Below are positions 17,807 to 20,332 of a stretch of 20,332 nt of DNA, in pieces. Numbering within the stretch: the first letter of the stretch is position 1; the number at the start of each line of letters is the position of its first letter. This stretch comes from Fusobacteriota bacterium (lineage in GTDB: Bacteria > Fusobacteriota > Fusobacteriia > Fusobacteriales > JBNJFI01), in the NCBI GenBank assembly GCA_051746725.1, contig JBNJFI010000033.1, positions 1 through 20,332 on the forward strand, given 5' to 3'. The notes under the pieces are model-generated. The model did no database searches. It was not told the DNA's origin and saw only the letters and a list, made by a program, of their open reading frames with translations. The translations under genes and the position numbers were made by a program.

Positions 17807-18895
17807 TTATTTTATTCCTTTAAACCAGAATCCTACGTTATTTCCATAAACCTTTATATCCTCAACCTCTAATTTTTTTCCATCTGCAACATGATTTATA
17901 TTAAAACCTTGAACAAAAGAAGTTGCGCTATTATCCCCTAATATCTTAGGAGCAACAAATATAACACCTCCATCGACTAAATCTTCTTTAATCACATTAG
18001 ATATAACATGCGAACCACCTTCAACTAATACAGAATCAATTCCTAGCTTTCCAATTTTTCTAAATACCTCTTTCATATCAAATATATCCTCGGAAAACTC
18101 TAAAAATTTGACTCCCATCTCTTTAAAAAATTTATATTTTTCTGTTTCCTTTACTTCCCTGTTTATGCATATTATAGTTCTATTATTGCAACTCTTTATT
18201 ATATTCATATCTTTTTTGACATCCAGCCTGGGATCTAATATTATTCTATACGGATCTACTCCGCCATCTATCCTACAAGTTAACCTGGGGTCATCAGCCA
18301 AAGCAGTTCCCTTCCCTACCATAATTCCCATAAATTTATTTCTTAATTTATGCCCCTCTTTTCTAGCCTCTTCATTTGTAATCCACTTTGAATCTTTTGT
18401 TTTAGTAGCAGTCTTTCCATCTAAGGTTATGGCGCTTTTTATAAATACATATGGCATCTTATCCTTAATATATTTTAGAAACACTCGGTTTAATCTGCTA
18501 CTTTCTTCTTCTAAGATTCCAGATTTTACTTCTATCCCTGCCTCTTCCATTCTTTTAACTCCATTGCCTGCAACCAATGGATTGGGATCCAACATAGATA
18601 TGACACACCTTTTTATTCCAAACTCTATTATCTTCTCAGCACACGGTGGAGTTTTACCATAATGTGAGCAGGGCTCTAAAGATACATATATAGTTGCTCC
18701 CTTTGCTCTATCTCCTGCTTCTTCCAAGGCAAAAACTTCTGCATGGGGCCCTCCAAATTTCTTGTGATATCCCTCTCCAATAATTTTTCCATCTTTAACA
18801 ACCACAGCCCCAACTAAAGGATTTGGATTTACCTTTCCAACTCCCTTTTTTGCCAGCTCAATTGCTCTTTTCATATATTTTTTGTCTATATCCAT
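17807..18895 (-). CDS. ribD: Bifunctional riboflavin deaminase/reductase RibD
   Basis: PNPLVGAV, HAE, LEPCSHYGKTPPC zinc deaminase; KSAITLDGK, ITNEEAR, DDPRLTCR, VEGG reductase. Start corrected to ATG 18895 (AAGGAG SD); the TTG at 18934 lies inside the element TIR. Confidence 0.97.
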   Translation of the reverse strand: MDIDKKYMKRAIELAKKGVGKVNPNPLVGAVVVKDGKIIGEGYHKKFGGPHAEVFALEEAGDRAKGATIYVSLEPCSHYGKTPPCAEKIIEFGIKRCVISMLDPNPLVAGNGVKRMEEAGIEVKSGILEEESSRLNRVFLKYIKDKMPYVFIKSAITLDGKTATKTKDSKWITNEEARKEGHKLRNKFMGIMVGKGTALADDPRLTCRIDGGVDPYRIILDPRLDVKKDMNIIKSCNNRTIICINREVKETEKYKFFKEMGVKFLEFSEDIFDMKEVFRKIGKLGIDSVLVEGGSHVISNVIKEDLVDGGVIFVAPKILGDNSATSFVQGFNINHVADGKKLEVEDIKVYGNNVGFWFKGIK

Positions 18896-19014
18896 TATAT
18901 CTCCTTTTATTAAAGTAATAGTAGCTAATTGCAAAACTCTTACACCCTAGTTTTATTTAGTTTATAAGTTCCATGAATTAGGATATCCCTCCAATTTTAT
19001 TTCTGCTCTCACCC

Positions 19015-19085
19015 GGGCAAACGCCGTTTGCCCTTACAATAGGAATTAAATGACGCTTTATCGTAAGGGCGAAGGGCCTTCGCCC
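19015..19085. repeat. Back-to-back pair of GTAA-footed REP-like hairpins in element copy 2
   Basis: Minus strand GTAA-GGGCAAAC-GGC-GTTTGCCC (19037-19015); plus strand GTAA-GGGCGAAG-GGC-CTTCGCCC (19063-19085); 25-bp spacer 19038-19062. Confidence 0.85.
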
Positions 19086-19115
19086 GCGTAATAGAAGATT
19101 AAATCATATTAACTT

Positions 19116-19124
19116 TGTGGATAA
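19116..19124 (-). promoter_or_regulatory. Perfect DnaA box in element copy 2
   Basis: TGTGGATAA = TTATCCACA on the minus strand. Confidence 0.6.
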
Positions 19125-19210
19125 CGTAATATTTTATTCTTCATATTTTGCAACTAACTATTAAAGTAATAGTGGTTAATTTTTTATCTATTACTTTTCT
19201 CTGTTCTCAA

Positions 19211-20281
19211 TTATCTGCCCTTACTGTATTCTCTTTCTCGCCTAGTTACTCTCTCTATATAGTTAGAAGTCTCATGTGGAGTCTTCTTTCTCAATAAAGA
19301 GTATAGTTCACCATCACTCATACCCTCTACATCATATCTATTAATAATCTTTTTTCTTATATTTGTAGGGCCCCAATTATAACTTGTGATAACTAAATAT
19401 TTATTCTTCTCAGGATCCAATATTTTCCTGTAATATACCTCTTTTAATTTCTGTAAATAAGCTGTACCATATTTTATATTCGTTTCAGGATCGTATAACT
19501 CATTTTCCTTTAATATTTTTTCACTCTTATTAACAAAATGATATCCTTCTAATCCACCATATCTCGGAACCAACTGCATCAAACCATAAGCGGGAATATG
19601 GGATTTAACCTTTGGATTAAAAGACGATTCTGTATGTATAATCGCCATTACAAATCCAGGATTTAAATTTCTTATCTTGGCATATTTTTGAACCAAAGGC
19701 ACATACTGTTTTGCCCTTCTCTCTATAAAATCAGATACAAAGTATATTCGACTTCTATAAACTTTTTTGCCGTTAACCTCATCTACACTCTCAACATTTT
19801 CTTTATTAATCTCAGTATCTTCCTCTTTTACAATATCTTTTAATATACTCTTTTTTGTATAAGGATCTTCTTCCGATATGATTTTATTAAGCTGCTTATT
19901 TATATTTTTTTGAGCTTCTTTTTCTCCCTTATTACTATCTACCATAGTCTTAATCTCAATATATCCCTTATCTTCATCAAAGTCTACCTTACTATATGTC
20001 TTATTATCATCTGAAAACTCTATCCATTGAGTTTTAGTTGCCTCTATTCTTTCGTTCCATACCTTTTCAACTCGATCTTTTTGAGCTTCCCATTTCTCTT
20101 CTACCTTTCCATAATACTCTATCCATTCTTTTTTGTTCTCTTCAAAATCTCTATTACTCTCTTGCTTTTGTATATCAAAACTTTTATTTACCTCTGCCTT
20201 CTGCTTTTCCCACTCCTCTAAATTCCCATAGGAAACCAACGAACTAATTATCAATAATCCTGTAATATATTTTATATTCAT
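19211..20281 (-). CDS. MltC-like lytic murein transglycosylase (DUF3393-like N-domain + SLT domain)
   Basis: AIIHTESSFNP (catalytic Glu), AYGLMQL, NIKYGTAYL, SYNWG, PHETSNYI; N-terminal signal peptide; SKVDFD..KGYIEI resembles the MltC N-domain. Confidence 0.88.
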   Translation of the reverse strand: MNIKYITGLLIISSLVSYGNLEEWEKQKAEVNKSFDIQKQESNRDFEENKKEWIEYYGKVEEKWEAQKDRVEKVWNERIEATKTQWIEFSDDNKTYSKVDFDEDKGYIEIKTMVDSNKGEKEAQKNINKQLNKIISEEDPYTKKSILKDIVKEEDTEINKENVESVDEVNGKKVYRSRIYFVSDFIERRAKQYVPLVQKYAKIRNLNPGFVMAIIHTESSFNPKVKSHIPAYGLMQLVPRYGGLEGYHFVNKSEKILKENELYDPETNIKYGTAYLQKLKEVYYRKILDPEKNKYLVITSYNWGPTNIRKKIINRYDVEGMSDGELYSLLRKKTPHETSNYIERVTRREREYSKGR

Positions 20282-20299
20282 AATACCACCTCCACTTCA

Positions 20300-20328
20300 A
20301 TTATATCAGATAAAATTAATCTTTTCAA
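20300..20328 (-). promoter_or_regulatory. Sigma70-type promoter of the mltC-like gene
   Basis: TTGAAA (20328-20323), 17 bp, TATAAT (20305-20300) with TGn extension; implies a very short leader starting near the GGAGG SD. Confidence 0.75.
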
Positions 20329-20332
20329 AAAA

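Larger units (their letters stand above)
18922..19160. mobile_element. MITE-like non-autonomous element, copy 2 (239 bp), carrying a REP-like hairpin pair
   Basis: Left TIR TAGCTAATTGCAAAA (18922-18936), right TIR TTTTGCAACTAACTA (19146-19160), 13/15 complementary. Perfect 12-bp direct repeat TTAAAGTAATAG at 18910-18921 and 19161-19172. Confidence 0.9.

Noticed and set aside
1912..18662. All + strand ORFs overlapping minus-strand genes (e.g. 2254-2580, 2779-3159, 17272-17685, 18108-18662; likewise 20027-20247)
   Set aside because: Antisense shadows of conserved genes, with S/I/F/L-rich composition expected from reverse-complemented AT-rich codons and no recognisable motifs.
18896..18934. 13-aa N-terminal extension of RibD
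   Set aside because: The TTG lies within the element's TIR, while ATG 18895 has a proper AAGGAG SD.
18896..19210. FMN riboswitch upstream of ribD
   Set aside because: The GC-rich hairpins lack RFN consensus blocks and recur at 218-315, away from any flavin gene, so they belong to the mobile repeat.

Overview
AT-rich bacterial chromosomal window; protein sequences and the murF-first dcw gene order suggest Fusobacteriota (my inference). All real genes are on the minus strand. In transcription order: mltC-like lytic transglycosylase, ribD, terminator and new promoter, ribBA, murF, mraY, an orphan Cache/HAMP sensor histidine kinase, murD, ftsW, murG, murC, murB, ddl, ftsQ, ftsA, ftsZ, rpsF, ssb, rpsR, terminator, and a YaaR/DUF327 gene. 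Two non-housekeeping signals stand out. (1) Two copies (136-390, 18922-19160) of a ~240-255 bp non-coding MITE-like element with 15-bp terminal inverted repeats and 12-bp target-site duplications. Each carries a back-to-back pair of GTAA-footed REP-like hairpins enclosing a copy-specific spacer, plus a DnaA box exactly 21 bp from the right TIR. (2) A sensor kinase with no adjacent response regulator, tightly embedded between mraY and murD, whose sensor domain appears to be flanked by long helical segments. All + strand ORFs in the track are judged spurious.
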